Shown: positions 1-9,418 of the stretch, piece after piece
How positions within the stretch are numbered: the first letter of the stretch is position 1
Layout: the number at the start of each line of letters is the position of its first letter
Source of the DNA: an uncultured Pelagibacteraceae bacterium
Lineage (GTDB): Bacteria > Pseudomonadota > Alphaproteobacteria > Pelagibacterales > AG-422-B15
NCBI GenBank assembly: GCA_902571005.1
Contig: CACGAG010000004.1
Location: forward strand, 178 to 64,177
DNA length: 64,000 nucleotides
Direction of reading: 5' to 3'
The notes under the pieces: model-generated
What the model saw: the letters and a program-made list of their open reading frames with translations, nothing else
Told to the model about the DNA's origin: nothing
Database searches by the model: none
Translations under genes and position numbers: made by a program

Positions 1-1
1 T

Positions 2-784
2 TTTAAAAAGTATAAACCAAATTATATATATAACTTTGCAGCTGAGTCTCATGTAGATAGAAGTATTAAGAGCTCCTCTTCATTTGTAAAAACAAATATT
101 CAGGGTACTCATAATTTACTCAGAATAAGCTTAGATTATTTAAGAAGTGGAAATAATTTTAAATTCATACATATTTCAACTGATGAAGTCTTTGGTTCTT
201 TAAATAATAAAATGAAGTCAACTAGTGAAAAAAATCCTTATCGACCTAACAGTCCTTACGCTGCAAGTAAAGCCGCTGCTGATCATTTAGTTAGATCGTT
301 CTATAAAACTTATAACTTACCAGCAATCATTACTTATTCTTCAAATAATTATGGTCCTAGACAAAATAAGGAAAAATTAATACCGATGATCATAAATAAT
401 GTTATTAAAAATAAAGAAATTCCGATTTATGGAGATGGAAAAAATATTAGAGATTGGATTTATGTTGATGATAATTGTAGAGCGATAGAGTTAGTTGCAA
501 GAAAAGGTAAAGTTGGAAACACTTATAATATTGGCGGTAATAATGAAATCTCAAATTTAAATTTAGCAATAAAAATTTGTGATATCCTAGATAATCTTCT
601 TAATAAAAAAATAAAATCTAGACAATTAATTAAATTTGTTGAGGATAGAAAAGGTCATGATTTCAGATATTCGTTAGATATTGGAAAAATAAAAAAAGAA
701 CTTAAATGGACTCCGCGATACAATTTAGATCATGGATTAAAGAAAGCCTGTGATTGGTATCTTAGAAAAAATAATGTATACTAA
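2..784 (+). CDS. rfbB: dTDP-glucose 4,6-dehydratase, 5' end outside window
   Basis: Frame is open from base 2 (FAAESHVDRS, HISTDEVFG) and continues into ORF 212..784 (SPYAASKAAAD, NNYGPRQ, RDWIYVDD, DRKGHDFRY). Confidence 0.95.
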   Translation, partial: FKKYKPNYIYNFAAESHVDRSIKSSSSFVKTNIQGTHNLLRISLDYLRSGNNFKFIHISTDEVFGSLNNKMKSTSEKNPYRPNSPYAASKAAADHLVRSFYKTYNLPAIITYSSNNYGPRQNKEKLIPMIINNVIKNKEIPIYGDGKNIRDWIYVDDNCRAIELVARKGKVGNTYNIGGNNEISNLNLAIKICDILDNLLNKKIKSRQLIKFVEDRKGHDFRYSLDIGKIKKELKWTPRYNLDHGLKKACDWYLRKNNVY

Positions 785-806
785 ATATTATATATAAGAA
801 ATAAAT

Positions 807-1673
807 ATGAAAGGCATCATCCTTGCTGGGGGTAAAGGCAGTAGATTATATCCTGTTACCAAGGGAATAAATAAGCATCTCATAAGCGTTTATGATAAGC
901 CCCTCATTTATTACCCACTCACTGTACTTATTGCAGCAAACATCAAAGAAATTGCAATAATATCCTCACCAGATCATATTGACTCATTCAAAGCATTGCT
1001 AGGAGATGGGACTCAATTTGGGTTAAAGTTCAACTACTTTATACAAGATGAACCTAACGGAATTCCTGAATGTTTTATCATAGCGGAGCAAATGATCAAG
1101 AATGAAAATGTAATGCTTATCTTAGGTGATAACATTTTTTCTGGTGGAAGCGAAATTAATGATGCCGTTTCATCTTTTACGACTGGAGCTCACATATTTG
1201 CATATAAAGTCAATAATCCAAATGAATACGGAGTAGTGAGATTTAATGAAAAATTTAATATGATAAAAAAATTTATTTAAAAACCAAATACAACCATTCC
1301 TGAATATGCAGTTCCAGGTGTTTACCTTTATGATAAGAATGTGTTAAATTATGTTAAACAGCTAAAAAAATCTGATAGAGGTGAATACGAAATATCAGAT
1401 TTAAATAATTTATATTTAGATAAAAATAATATATCTTTTTCTATTCTTAAAAGAGGATACGTCTGGTTAGACTCTGGAAATCCTTCATCTCTTACAGATG
1501 CGGCAAATTATATTTATGCAGTTGAAAAAAGACAGGGTGTCAAAATCGGATGTCCTGAAGAAGCTGCTTATAACCGAAAATTAATAACTAAAGAACAACT
1601 AGAGCTAATTGTAAGAGAAATGCCAAATTCTGATTATAGAGATTATTTAATGAAAGTTTTCGATGAAGATTAA
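807..1673 (+). pseudogene. rfbA: Glucose-1-phosphate thymidylyltransferase interrupted by an in-frame TAA at 1278-1280 (or a sequencing error)
   Basis: ORFs 807..1280 (GIILAGGKGSRLYP, VYDKPLIYYPL) and 1341..1673 (RGEYEISD, WLDSG) share one frame; the read-through is F-I-stop-K-P-N-T-T-I-P-E-Y-A-V-P-G-V-Y-L-Y-D, where RmlA has E-K-P. Confidence 0.85.
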
Positions 1674-2766
1674 ATTTAACATACCTCATATTACTGGTAA
1701 CGAACAAAAATATCTCAAGAATGTATTAAATAGAAAGACGTTTTCTGGAGAAGGATATTACTCAAGAAAGTGTCAAGACTACTTAGAAAATATTTATAAA
1801 AATTCTAAATGTTTATTAACTAATAGTTGTACTGATGCATTAGAGTTTTGTTCTATACTTTTAGACTTAAAAAAAGGCGATGAGGTGATATTGCCAGCAT
1901 TTACGTTCGTTTCGACTGCTAACCCAATAATACTCAGAGGAGCCAAGCCTGTATTTGCTGATGTAGATTACCATAGTATGAACTTATCAATTGATGATGT
2001 AAAAAAGAAAATAACCAAAAAAACAAAGGCAATATTTACTGTAAACTATGGTGGTTCTTCTTGTAATCTCTTTGAATTAAGTAATTTATGCAAAGCAAAA
2101 AAAATATATTTAGTAGAAGACTCAGCTCAAGGAATAGGAGCAAAGTATAAAAATAAATATCTAGGTACATACGGGGACCTCGCAACAATAAGCTTTCATG
2201 AGACTAAGAATATACATTGTGGAGAAGGGGGATGTCTTATAATAAATCAGTCAAAATTTATAAAAAGGGCAAACTTAATCCATGAAAAAGGGACTAACAG
2301 AAAAGATTTTAAAGATGGAATGGTGAATAAGTATGGATGGAGGGATGTTGGTTCATCATATGTTGTAAGTGAGTTACAGTCGGCATTCTTGTATGCACAA
2401 CTTTTTGATATTAGAAAAGTTACTAATTACAGAAAAGATTTATGGAATGAATATAACCAAAACATTAATAACAATTTATTTGACAAACAAGATATAAAAA
2501 AAAATGATACTAATGGTCATTTATATTTTCTACTATGCAAAGGGGATAGGAAGAAATTTATAAATTATATGTCAAAGCACAATGTTCAAGTTTCTGCACA
2601 CTATGAGTCACTTAATAAAAGTAAATTTTTTTCTTCCATTTACAAATATAAGAAATGTGAAAATTCTGAAATTGCAGAAAATAAACTTGTAAGATTACCA
2701 ATATGGTTTGGTATGACAGAAAAGCAAATAACACATATTGTAAATCTTATCAATAACTATGGTTAG
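1663..2766 (+). CDS. rffA: dTDP-4-amino-4,6-dideoxygalactose transaminase (DegT family, RffA/WecE type)
   Basis: TNSCTDALE, FTFVSTAN, EDSAQG, SFHETKNI, EKGTNR and WRDVGSSY match the RffA/WecE subfamily. Confidence 0.85.
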   Translation: MKIKFNIPHITGNEQKYLKNVLNRKTFSGEGYYSRKCQDYLENIYKNSKCLLTNSCTDALEFCSILLDLKKGDEVILPAFTFVSTANPIILRGAKPVFADVDYHSMNLSIDDVKKKITKKTKAIFTVNYGGSSCNLFELSNLCKAKKIYLVEDSAQGIGAKYKNKYLGTYGDLATISFHETKNIHCGEGGCLIINQSKFIKRANLIHEKGTNRKDFKDGMVNKYGWRDVGSSYVVSELQSAFLYAQLFDIRKVTNYRKDLWNEYNQNINNNLFDKQDIKKNDTNGHLYFLLCKGDRKKFINYMSKHNVQVSAHYESLNKSKFFSSIYKYKKCENSEIAENKLVRLPIWFGMTEKQITHIVNLINNYG

Positions 2767-3247
2767 TAACTGGCAAATAAAAAAAAATTTTTATATAAAA
2801 TCATTAATAATTTTTTTTACATTAATAAGTTTTTTCTTTTTAGAAAATTCAAATTTTTATAATGCTAAAAATGCTAAAGACCAAACTACTAATTTAATTA
2901 AAGCAATTTCGACGCATGATAATAATATTTCAAATTTTTTTTACAGAGGTGAGTTGGTAGGAGATTATCGTCGCTTTATAAAAACTATAAATAATAATAG
3001 TTATAATAAAATATATATTAGAGAAAAGCTAAACGAACATGGCTTATGTGAAATAAATAAATGTAAGTTTAATATTTATTTTAAAAATGATGAAAAAATA
3101 GAAAATGAATTATCAAAAGAAATAATATTTCTTTCTTCCTCTGAAAATTTCATTGTAGATCAATCAGTTCGTGCGTTTTGGTTAGTGATGATTTTTGTAA
3201 AAGATCATTGGAATGTATCCGTTTTGATGGAGGAAACTAGTGAATAA
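2759..3247 (+). CDS. Hypothetical protein with an N-terminal hydrophobic anchor
   Basis: 162-aa ORF overlapping both neighbours; single hydrophobic segment LIIFFTLISFFFL; no recognised motif. Confidence 0.55.
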   Translation: MVSNWQIKKNFYIKSLIIFFTLISFFFLENSNFYNAKNAKDQTTNLIKAISTHDNNISNFFYRGELVGDYRRFIKTINNNSYNKIYIREKLNEHGLCEINKCKFNIYFKNDEKIENELSKEIIFLSSSENFIVDQSVRAFWLVMIFVKDHWNVSVLMEETSE

Positions 3248-4736
3248 TATATTAAAACAGAATTATAAGATTTTTTTGTTTTATATTTTTTTTATATTTT
3301 CGTTGTATACAGTCGGGTCAGTTTATTTTGAATATCTATATAATCTTTCTGGTTTAGAATTTTATCAGGAGAGATTTAGATTTATCTTATCGGTTGCGTG
3401 TAACAATACAAACGACTATCCAGGTGGTGCAATTGTAAAGAAATTTTTCAATCTAGAAATTGAAACAATTAGTTGTGATGAAATTAATTGGGACCTTCAT
3501 ACAATTTCCAATATAACTGCATTTGAATTATCTCACTTAGGATTAATATATTCTATTGGTTATATTTTTAAACTATCAGGATCTAACGATTGGTCATTGC
3601 TATATATACTTAGTGGAATTCTGTTTGTTATGTATGGTTTATCAGTTTTTCTGATTTTTAAGAGATTTTTAAGAGGAAATATATTTCCATTAATTTTTAC
3701 TGTTTGTGTCATTTTATTTTCATCTTTTATAGATCAATCAATAGATTTCAGAGATAGCATGAAAACTGGCTTTATAACGACTAGCTTACTCCTTTGCATA
3801 TATATAAATGATAGTTTTTCTACCTCATCGAAAAGAATCTATGTATACATCGCTTTATTAGGACTTATTATAAGCATTGGAGCAAATTTTAGAATAGATG
3901 TTATTTTAACCGTTGCTGTTTTCATATTTATTTTGTTAATTCAATTTTTTTATAAAATAAGACTTAGCAAACTGTTAATTTCGTTACTAATATTTTTTAT
4001 TAGCTTCATGCCACTATCTTACCCATTACTTAAACAAGATAGTTCAAATTCATGGCACATATTTACACTAGGGATGTCTGATGATCAAAATCACAGACTT
4101 GATCTCCAACAAAGACAAATAATACCTTTTCATACAGATTATTCTGTTATCGTCTTAAATCAATTTTATGATATGAGTAAAAATGAAGCACTTCATCTTG
4201 AAAGGCATGAAAGATTAAAAGACTATTTTGAAAACAAGGGCTATCTATCAGGACAAAGGTTTGATAGAAACTACATATATCACCCGTTATGGCACATAGA
4301 TACTGCAAATTATACACAACTATCGAAAGAGGTATTTACAAAAATATCTTTTCAAAATTTACCTTTTATTCTTAAAAGATATAAAAATGCGGTATTTAAT
4401 AATATTGAAAGATCTTACTCGCCGAAGATTAATAAAATTTTTAGATCAAGTGAAATGTTAACTAATACACTCTTATCTATACAAAAAACAATATTATCTT
4501 ATAGTAAAATATTATTTTTAGTTTTTATATTTGGTTTCTTTTGTGCTTTTTTAAATTTTAGAGAATTATACCCACTTTATTTTTCTTTTTTCTATTTTTC
4601 ATTCTTTCAATCGTTCTTATATCAAGAACGTCATATATACTATTTAGAACCTATCGGGCTTTTGCTGATATTACTTTCTTTTGTAAATATATATCGATTT
4701 TTGACAATTAAAATAATGGCGAAACCTACATGCTAA
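3240..4736 (+). CDS. Polytopic membrane protein, possible GT-C fold glycosyltransferase
   Basis: GTG start after GGAGG; about 10 or more hydrophobic segments, two large hydrophilic loops, charged loop motifs (RDSMK, NFRID, QERH). GT-C call is an inference from architecture. Confidence 0.45.
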   Translation: MNNILKQNYKIFLFYIFFIFSLYTVGSVYFEYLYNLSGLEFYQERFRFILSVACNNTNDYPGGAIVKKFFNLEIETISCDEINWDLHTISNITAFELSHLGLIYSIGYIFKLSGSNDWSLLYILSGILFVMYGLSVFLIFKRFLRGNIFPLIFTVCVILFSSFIDQSIDFRDSMKTGFITTSLLLCIYINDSFSTSSKRIYVYIALLGLIISIGANFRIDVILTVAVFIFILLIQFFYKIRLSKLLISLLIFFISFMPLSYPLLKQDSSNSWHIFTLGMSDDQNHRLDLQQRQIIPFHTDYSVIVLNQFYDMSKNEALHLERHERLKDYFENKGYLSGQRFDRNYIYHPLWHIDTANYTQLSKEVFTKISFQNLPFILKRYKNAVFNNIERSYSPKINKIFRSSEMLTNTLLSIQKTILSYSKILFLVFIFGFFCAFLNFRELYPLYFSFFYFSFFQSFLYQERHIYYLEPIGLLLILLSFVNIYRFLTIKIMAKPTC

Positions 4737-5182
4737 TCAAATTTTTTGTTTTTTTACAAATTTTCTTCTTTTTTTTGAATAATTCTCATGCGATGTGTAA
4801 TTTAGTTGAAAAAAATACATATATTGAAGACAGAATAATATCAGTATTTGATAATCAAATATGTGAATCCTGTATTGATAATTATGCTTACTACTATGTT
4901 ATTAATATTGAAAACGAATTACCCCTTAATTCTATCAATATTATAGAACTTACATATGATTATACAAATATTGGCAATAACTTATTGTCTACAATAGAGA
5001 TTCCAAAAATATCAGATTTAAAAACAATTTTCATACCCGTATGGCCAATACTTGGCTTTAGAGAGATATTAATTCCAGAAAGATTGATAGAGGAGTCAAA
5101 AATTTATATGGCCTCAATTAATAACTTTCACGATTTTCCAGCCCTATATTTTGAGAATGAAGACATTTCTTGTATCAAATGA
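4730..5182 (+). CDS. Hypothetical exported protein
   Basis: 150-aa ORF with signal-peptide-like N-terminus (…NNSHA/MC) and several Cys; overlaps the upstream stop. Confidence 0.5.
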   Translation: MLIKFFVFLQIFFFFLNNSHAMCNLVEKNTYIEDRIISVFDNQICESCIDNYAYYYVINIENELPLNSINIIELTYDYTNIGNNLLSTIEIPKISDLKTIFIPVWPILGFREILIPERLIEESKIYMASINNFHDFPALYFENEDISCIK

Positions 5183-5302
5183 GAGGTCTAGCTTGAACTA
5201 TCTTGTAACTTCTACTAAAAAAATACTATTTTTTCAAGTAAATCAATCTAATGATTTCGAAACAAAGTATCAGAATTAATAATCAAAAGTTGTTGATAGA
5301 AT

Positions 5303-6019
5303 ATGAATAAAAATATCATGAAACCAAAAGTAATCGCATTAATTCCAGCTAGAGGAGGAAGCAAAAGCATCCCCAAAAAAAATTTATCAAAACTACATGG
5401 TAAGCCACTTCTATATTGGTCTATTGAAATAGCACTAGAAACAAAATTAATAGATGATGTTTACGTTTCAACTGATGATAAAGAAATAAAAAAAATTGCT
5501 AAGAAATTCGGAGCAAAAATTCATGATAGACGTAAAAGCTTATCGAATGACAAGTCATTAGTTGTTGATTTAATAAAAGATTTTTCTAAAAATTACTTAA
5601 CTAATAAGTCTGATATTATCATATTGTTAGAGCCAACTTCACCATTTCGAACTAAAAAAGTTGTTAGAAATTGTATAATAAAGATGATTAAAAATAATCT
5701 TGATTCTATAGCAACATTTGAGGATGCTCATATAAATCCAAACCGAACATGGAAAATAAAAAATAATTTTCCAAAACCTTATATAAGAAAATCAATACCA
5801 TGGTTGCCAAGGCAAAAATTAGAAAAAGCGTATCAACTTAATGGAGTTGTTTATGGAATGCGGGGTTTAAAAATTCGTAAAAATCAAGTTGGACTTTTAT
5901 TTGGAAAAAAAAATTCATTGATTATTCCTAGAATAGGTGTTAACGATATCGACAATATAAATGATCTAAATTTTGCAAATGCCTTCACCAAAACAACAAA
6001 GTCAAAGCCGATTAGTTGA
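5303..6019 (+). CDS. neuA: CMP-nonulosonate synthetase (NeuA/LegF family cytidylyltransferase) 1
   Basis: ALIPARGGSKSIPKKN, GKPLL, VSTDD, LLEPTSPFR, YQLNG, DID motifs. Confidence 0.92.
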   Translation: MNKNIMKPKVIALIPARGGSKSIPKKNLSKLHGKPLLYWSIEIALETKLIDDVYVSTDDKEIKKIAKKFGAKIHDRRKSLSNDKSLVVDLIKDFSKNYLTNKSDIIILLEPTSPFRTKKVVRNCIIKMIKNNLDSIATFEDAHINPNRTWKIKNNFPKPYIRKSIPWLPRQKLEKAYQLNGVVYGMRGLKIRKNQVGLLFGKKNSLIIPRIGVNDIDNINDLNFANAFTKTTKSKPIS

Positions 6020-6800
6020 TTTATTTGATTTACGCGAGCGAAATATTTTAATTATTGGTGGTGCAGGTTACCTAGGATTTCAGATTAGTTTAGCGCTGGC
6101 TGAGTGTGGAGCTAGAGTATTTATATGTAGTAGAGATTTTAAAAAATGCCAAGATGCTACTAAGGTCCTAAATAAACTTTATCCCAATAAACATTTGCCT
6201 TTTAAAGTAAACATCGCGTCAACAAAATCTATTGACTCACTTTTTAAAAAAATTTCCAAAATTACAAATAGCAAAATTCATTCTTTAGTCAATTGTGGAT
6301 GGAGTGGAAAAAAGAATACTTTTGAGACGATAAATGAGCAGGATTGGGATCAAGATATAGAAATCAGCATAACAGGCGTATTTAAAACAGTTAAGAGTTT
6401 TGTACCGATGTTGGAGAATACGAAGGGAAATATTCTTAATGTCTCTTCCATGTATGGATTAGTTGCTCCTGATTATAGACTTTACGACTCATCTGACTTA
6501 GCAAATCCACCAAGCTATGGCGCGGCAAAAGCTGGAGTGATTCAATTAACTAAGTATTTAGCAAGTTTCCTAGCTCCAAAAGAAATAAGAGTGAATTGTA
6601 TTAGTCCTGGTCCATTTCCTTTTGTCTCTACTCAAAAAAGCAATTCAAAATTCATTAATAAATTATCAAAAAAAACGATGTTAAATAGAATAGGGTATCC
6701 ACATGAAATAAAAGGCATTTGTGCAGTTCTGTGCTCAGATGCTGGCAGTTACATCACCGGACAAAATTTTTCCATAGATGGAGGATGGACTTCTTGGTAA
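5979..6800 (+). CDS. SDR-family oxidoreductase
   Basis: GGAGYLG, NVSSMYG, YGAAKAG (YxxxK), RVNCISPG, ITGQNFSIDGG. ATG at 5979 preferred over TTG at 5973. Confidence 0.88.
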   Translation: MPSPKQQSQSRLVDLFDLRERNILIIGGAGYLGFQISLALAECGARVFICSRDFKKCQDATKVLNKLYPNKHLPFKVNIASTKSIDSLFKKISKITNSKIHSLVNCGWSGKKNTFETINEQDWDQDIEISITGVFKTVKSFVPMLENTKGNILNVSSMYGLVAPDYRLYDSSDLANPPSYGAAKAGVIQLTKYLASFLAPKEIRVNCISPGPFPFVSTQKSNSKFINKLSKKTMLNRIGYPHEIKGICAVLCSDAGSYITGQNFSIDGGWTSW

Positions 6801-7705
6801 TAAAAGCTGGAATAATTGGCTTTTCAGAGTCTAATGGCCACCCATATTCCTTTTCGTCAATAATAAATGGTTTTAGTGAAGAATATTATTTAAAATCAGA
6901 ATGGAATGTAATTTTAGATTATTTAAAAAAACAGCCGGAATCTAATTTTGGTTTTAAAAATGTAAAAGTTACTCATGCCTTTACTCAAGACTTTAAAATA
7001 ACACAAAGTATATGTAATTGTTCCTTCATAGAAAATGCATGCAAATCAATTGATGAATTATTTGATGCAGTTGATGCTATAATAATAGCCAGAGATGATT
7101 GGCAATCACACCTTGAACTAGCAAGGGATTTCCTTAAGAGAGGAATACCTGTTTTTATCGACAAACCACTTAGCCTATCTTTTGAAGAAATGAAGTTTTT
7201 TGAGAAATATATATATAATGCGAAACTTATGTCATGTTCAGGTTTTAGATTTTGTGAAGAGCTTGATAATATTAGAAATGATAAAAGTAAGATTGATGAT
7301 ATATTCTTTATTACAGGTAATATTTTAAATGATTTAGAAAAATATGGTATTCATTTAATAGACGCTTTATCCGGAATTAGTAATGAATTTCACAGTTTTT
7401 ACTCTGTTGAGAGAACATTAACTAAGCATGATCAATATCATATAAAATATAAAAATGGGAAAGAATTTATGCTGAATTGTTTAGGTGATGTAAAAAAAAT
7501 ATTCAATCTTAAATTAATTGGTAATAAAAATATTATTGATTTAAACCTAAATAATAACTTTTCTGCTTTTAGAAGAACATTGAAAAATTTTTTCTATATG
7601 ATTGAACATAATGTCTCACCAATAGACTACAGTGAAACATATAATATTATGAATCTCTTAAATTATGCATCTAAATTAGAGAAAGGGGAAAGAAAAAAGT
7701 TTTAA
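6785..7705 (+). CDS. Gfo/Idh/MocA-family NAD-dependent oxidoreductase
   Basis: AGIIG, GHPYSFS, VFIDKPL, KYGIH motifs. Start is probably ATG 6785 or TTG 6794 (GGAGG at 6780-6784), not 6719. Confidence 0.8.
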   Translation: MDFLVIKAGIIGFSESNGHPYSFSSIINGFSEEYYLKSEWNVILDYLKKQPESNFGFKNVKVTHAFTQDFKITQSICNCSFIENACKSIDELFDAVDAIIIARDDWQSHLELARDFLKRGIPVFIDKPLSLSFEEMKFFEKYIYNAKLMSCSGFRFCEELDNIRNDKSKIDDIFFITGNILNDLEKYGIHLIDALSGISNEFHSFYSVERTLTKHDQYHIKYKNGKEFMLNCLGDVKKIFNLKLIGNKNIIDLNLNNNFSAFRRTLKNFFYMIEHNVSPIDYSETYNIMNLLNYASKLEKGERKKF

Positions 7706-7709
7706 TATT

Positions 7710-8495
7710 ATGAATAAAAATAAATCTCTAAAAAATAAAGTTGCAATTATTACAGGATCTTCTGGATTATTAGGCCAACAATTTTGTAAAATCCTTTTAA
7801 AAAATGGAGTAATCGTAATTGGTATTGATAAAGTAATAAAAAATAAAATTAATCATGAAAATATATTCTATAAAAAAATCGATATAACAAATGAATTAGT
7901 TGTAAAAAAATTTGTATCAAGTGTTGTAAAAAAATTTGGTCATATTGACATTCTTGTAAATAATGCAGCAAGCAAATCATCAAAAACTAAAGAATTTTTT
8001 AGAGATTATGAGAGTTATAATTATTCGACTTGGAAAGAAATTATGTCTGTAAATTTAGATGCAGTTTTTTTGCTAACTAAATATGTTGGAAAAGATATGG
8101 TGAGAAAGAAGATAAATGGAAAAATCATACAAATTGCCTCAATATATGGTTTGATAGGACCTGATCAAAAATTATATGAGAATGGAAAATACAAAGGTAT
8201 AAAAATGAGTTCTCCTGCGGTATACAGTGCTTCAAAAGCAGCAGTGATTGGGTTAACTAAATATCTCGCTACCTATTGGGGAAGTAAAGGTATAAGAGTC
8301 AACGCAATTACCCCGGGTGGTATTGATGGAGGGCAAAATAGTACTTTTAGAAAAAAATATTCTAAACGCGTTCCTCTTGGAAGAATGGCAGATAAAAACG
8401 AGATTGAAGGGGCGCTATTGTATCTTGTGTCTGATGACTCAAGTTATGTTACAGGGCAGAATATTATTATCGATGGTGGATTTTCGTCATGGTAA
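7710..8495 (+). CDS. SDR-family oxidoreductase, PtmA-like
   Basis: ITGSSGLLG, LVNNAA, IASIYG, YSASKAA, RVNAITPGG, VTGQNIIIDGG. Confidence 0.88.
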   Translation: MNKNKSLKNKVAIITGSSGLLGQQFCKILLKNGVIVIGIDKVIKNKINHENIFYKKIDITNELVVKKFVSSVVKKFGHIDILVNNAASKSSKTKEFFRDYESYNYSTWKEIMSVNLDAVFLLTKYVGKDMVRKKINGKIIQIASIYGLIGPDQKLYENGKYKGIKMSSPAVYSASKAAVIGLTKYLATYWGSKGIRVNAITPGGIDGGQNSTFRKKYSKRVPLGRMADKNEIEGALLYLVSDDSSYVTGQNIIIDGGFSSW

Positions 8496-8512
8496 ATTAA
8501 TTATTAAATCTT

Positions 8513-9418
8513 TTGATTGTGATTAAAATTGTGAGAATTGGTATTCTTGGAGATGGAGTTTGGGCTCAAAATTTATTGCTTCAGATAGTTGAAGACGACT
8601 CGATTCAAATAGCTTTTCTATCAGCAAGATATAATAGACCTGATCAAAAACTCATATCTTTGGGTAAAAAAAATAAGATAAATATTATTAATATTAAAAA
8701 TATTAACTCATCTGACTCTATCAAAATTTTAAAAAGCTTGAAATGTGATTTATTAGTTTCAATGTCCTATAATCAGATTATTGAGCCTAAAGTTTTAAAA
8801 ATCTTTCAAAAAGGTGCAATCAATTGTCATGCCGGAAAACTACCTTTTTATAGAGGTAGGAGTATTTTAAATTGGGTATTAATTAATGATGAAAAAGAGT
8901 TTGGAATAACAGTTCATCAAATTGATAAAACAATTGATACAGGACCAATAATTCTTCAAAAAACTTTCTCAATTGATGATAATGACGATTATAAATCAAT
9001 TTTAGAAAAATCATATTCTGAGGCCCCAAAAATTTTATTTGAAGCAATTAAGTTGATACAAAGTGATTTGTGTGAGATTAAAAATCAGAAAGAAATTCAT
9101 AAAATTGGATCCTATTATTCAAAAAGAAAAGTAGGTGATGAAACTATAGATTGGGAAAAATCATCAAGACAAATATTTAATTTTATAAGAGCTTTAGTTT
9201 ATCCTGGACCATATGCTCAATCTCAAATTAAAAAAAAAATTATAAAATTTATTAAATCAAAACAAGTTAAATTAGATTTAAATAATAAAGAATATATTAG
9301 TGGAGAAGTCATTGAAGGAAATGATGAATACTTTATTATTAGGACTTATGATAATGGAATTAAGATTACAGATTGGGAACCAAGAATCAAAATTAAAAAG
9401 GGGGATAGGTTTACTTGA
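8513..9418 (+). CDS. Sugar N-formyltransferase (FMT fold) 1
   Basis: AINCHAGKLPFYRG and VHQIDKTIDTG formyltransferase motifs plus a C-terminal FMT domain (IDW, IRAL..PGP.A); lies inside the glycan cluster. Confidence 0.85.
   Translation: MIVIKIVRIGILGDGVWAQNLLLQIVEDDSIQIAFLSARYNRPDQKLISLGKKNKINIINIKNINSSDSIKILKSLKCDLLVSMSYNQIIEPKVLKIFQKGAINCHAGKLPFYRGRSILNWVLINDEKEFGITVHQIDKTIDTGPIILQKTFSIDDNDDYKSILEKSYSEAPKILFEAIKLIQSDLCEIKNQKEIHKIGSYYSKRKVGDETIDWEKSSRQIFNFIRALVYPGPYAQSQIKKKIIKFIKSKQVKLDLNNKEYISGEVIEGNDEYFIIRTYDNGIKITDWEPRIKIKKGDRFT

Noticed and set aside
1278-1280. TAA recoded as Glu (alternative genetic code)
   Set aside because: TAA ends many genes in the window at the expected positions (rpmJ, rpsU, pntB), so this is a local change or error.
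2779-2787. A9 and similar homopolymer runs as phase-variation tracts
   Set aside because: A/T runs of 8-10 are common in both island and core genes of this AT-rich sequence, none is a G/C tract, and no associated frameshift is seen.
8317-8526. Short ORF-track entries overlapping real genes (also 10122, 18097, 20055, 21386, 25270, 25493, 29021, 29751, 34805, 35872)
   Set aside because: Shadow frames inside well-supported genes, with no motifs or ribosome sites.
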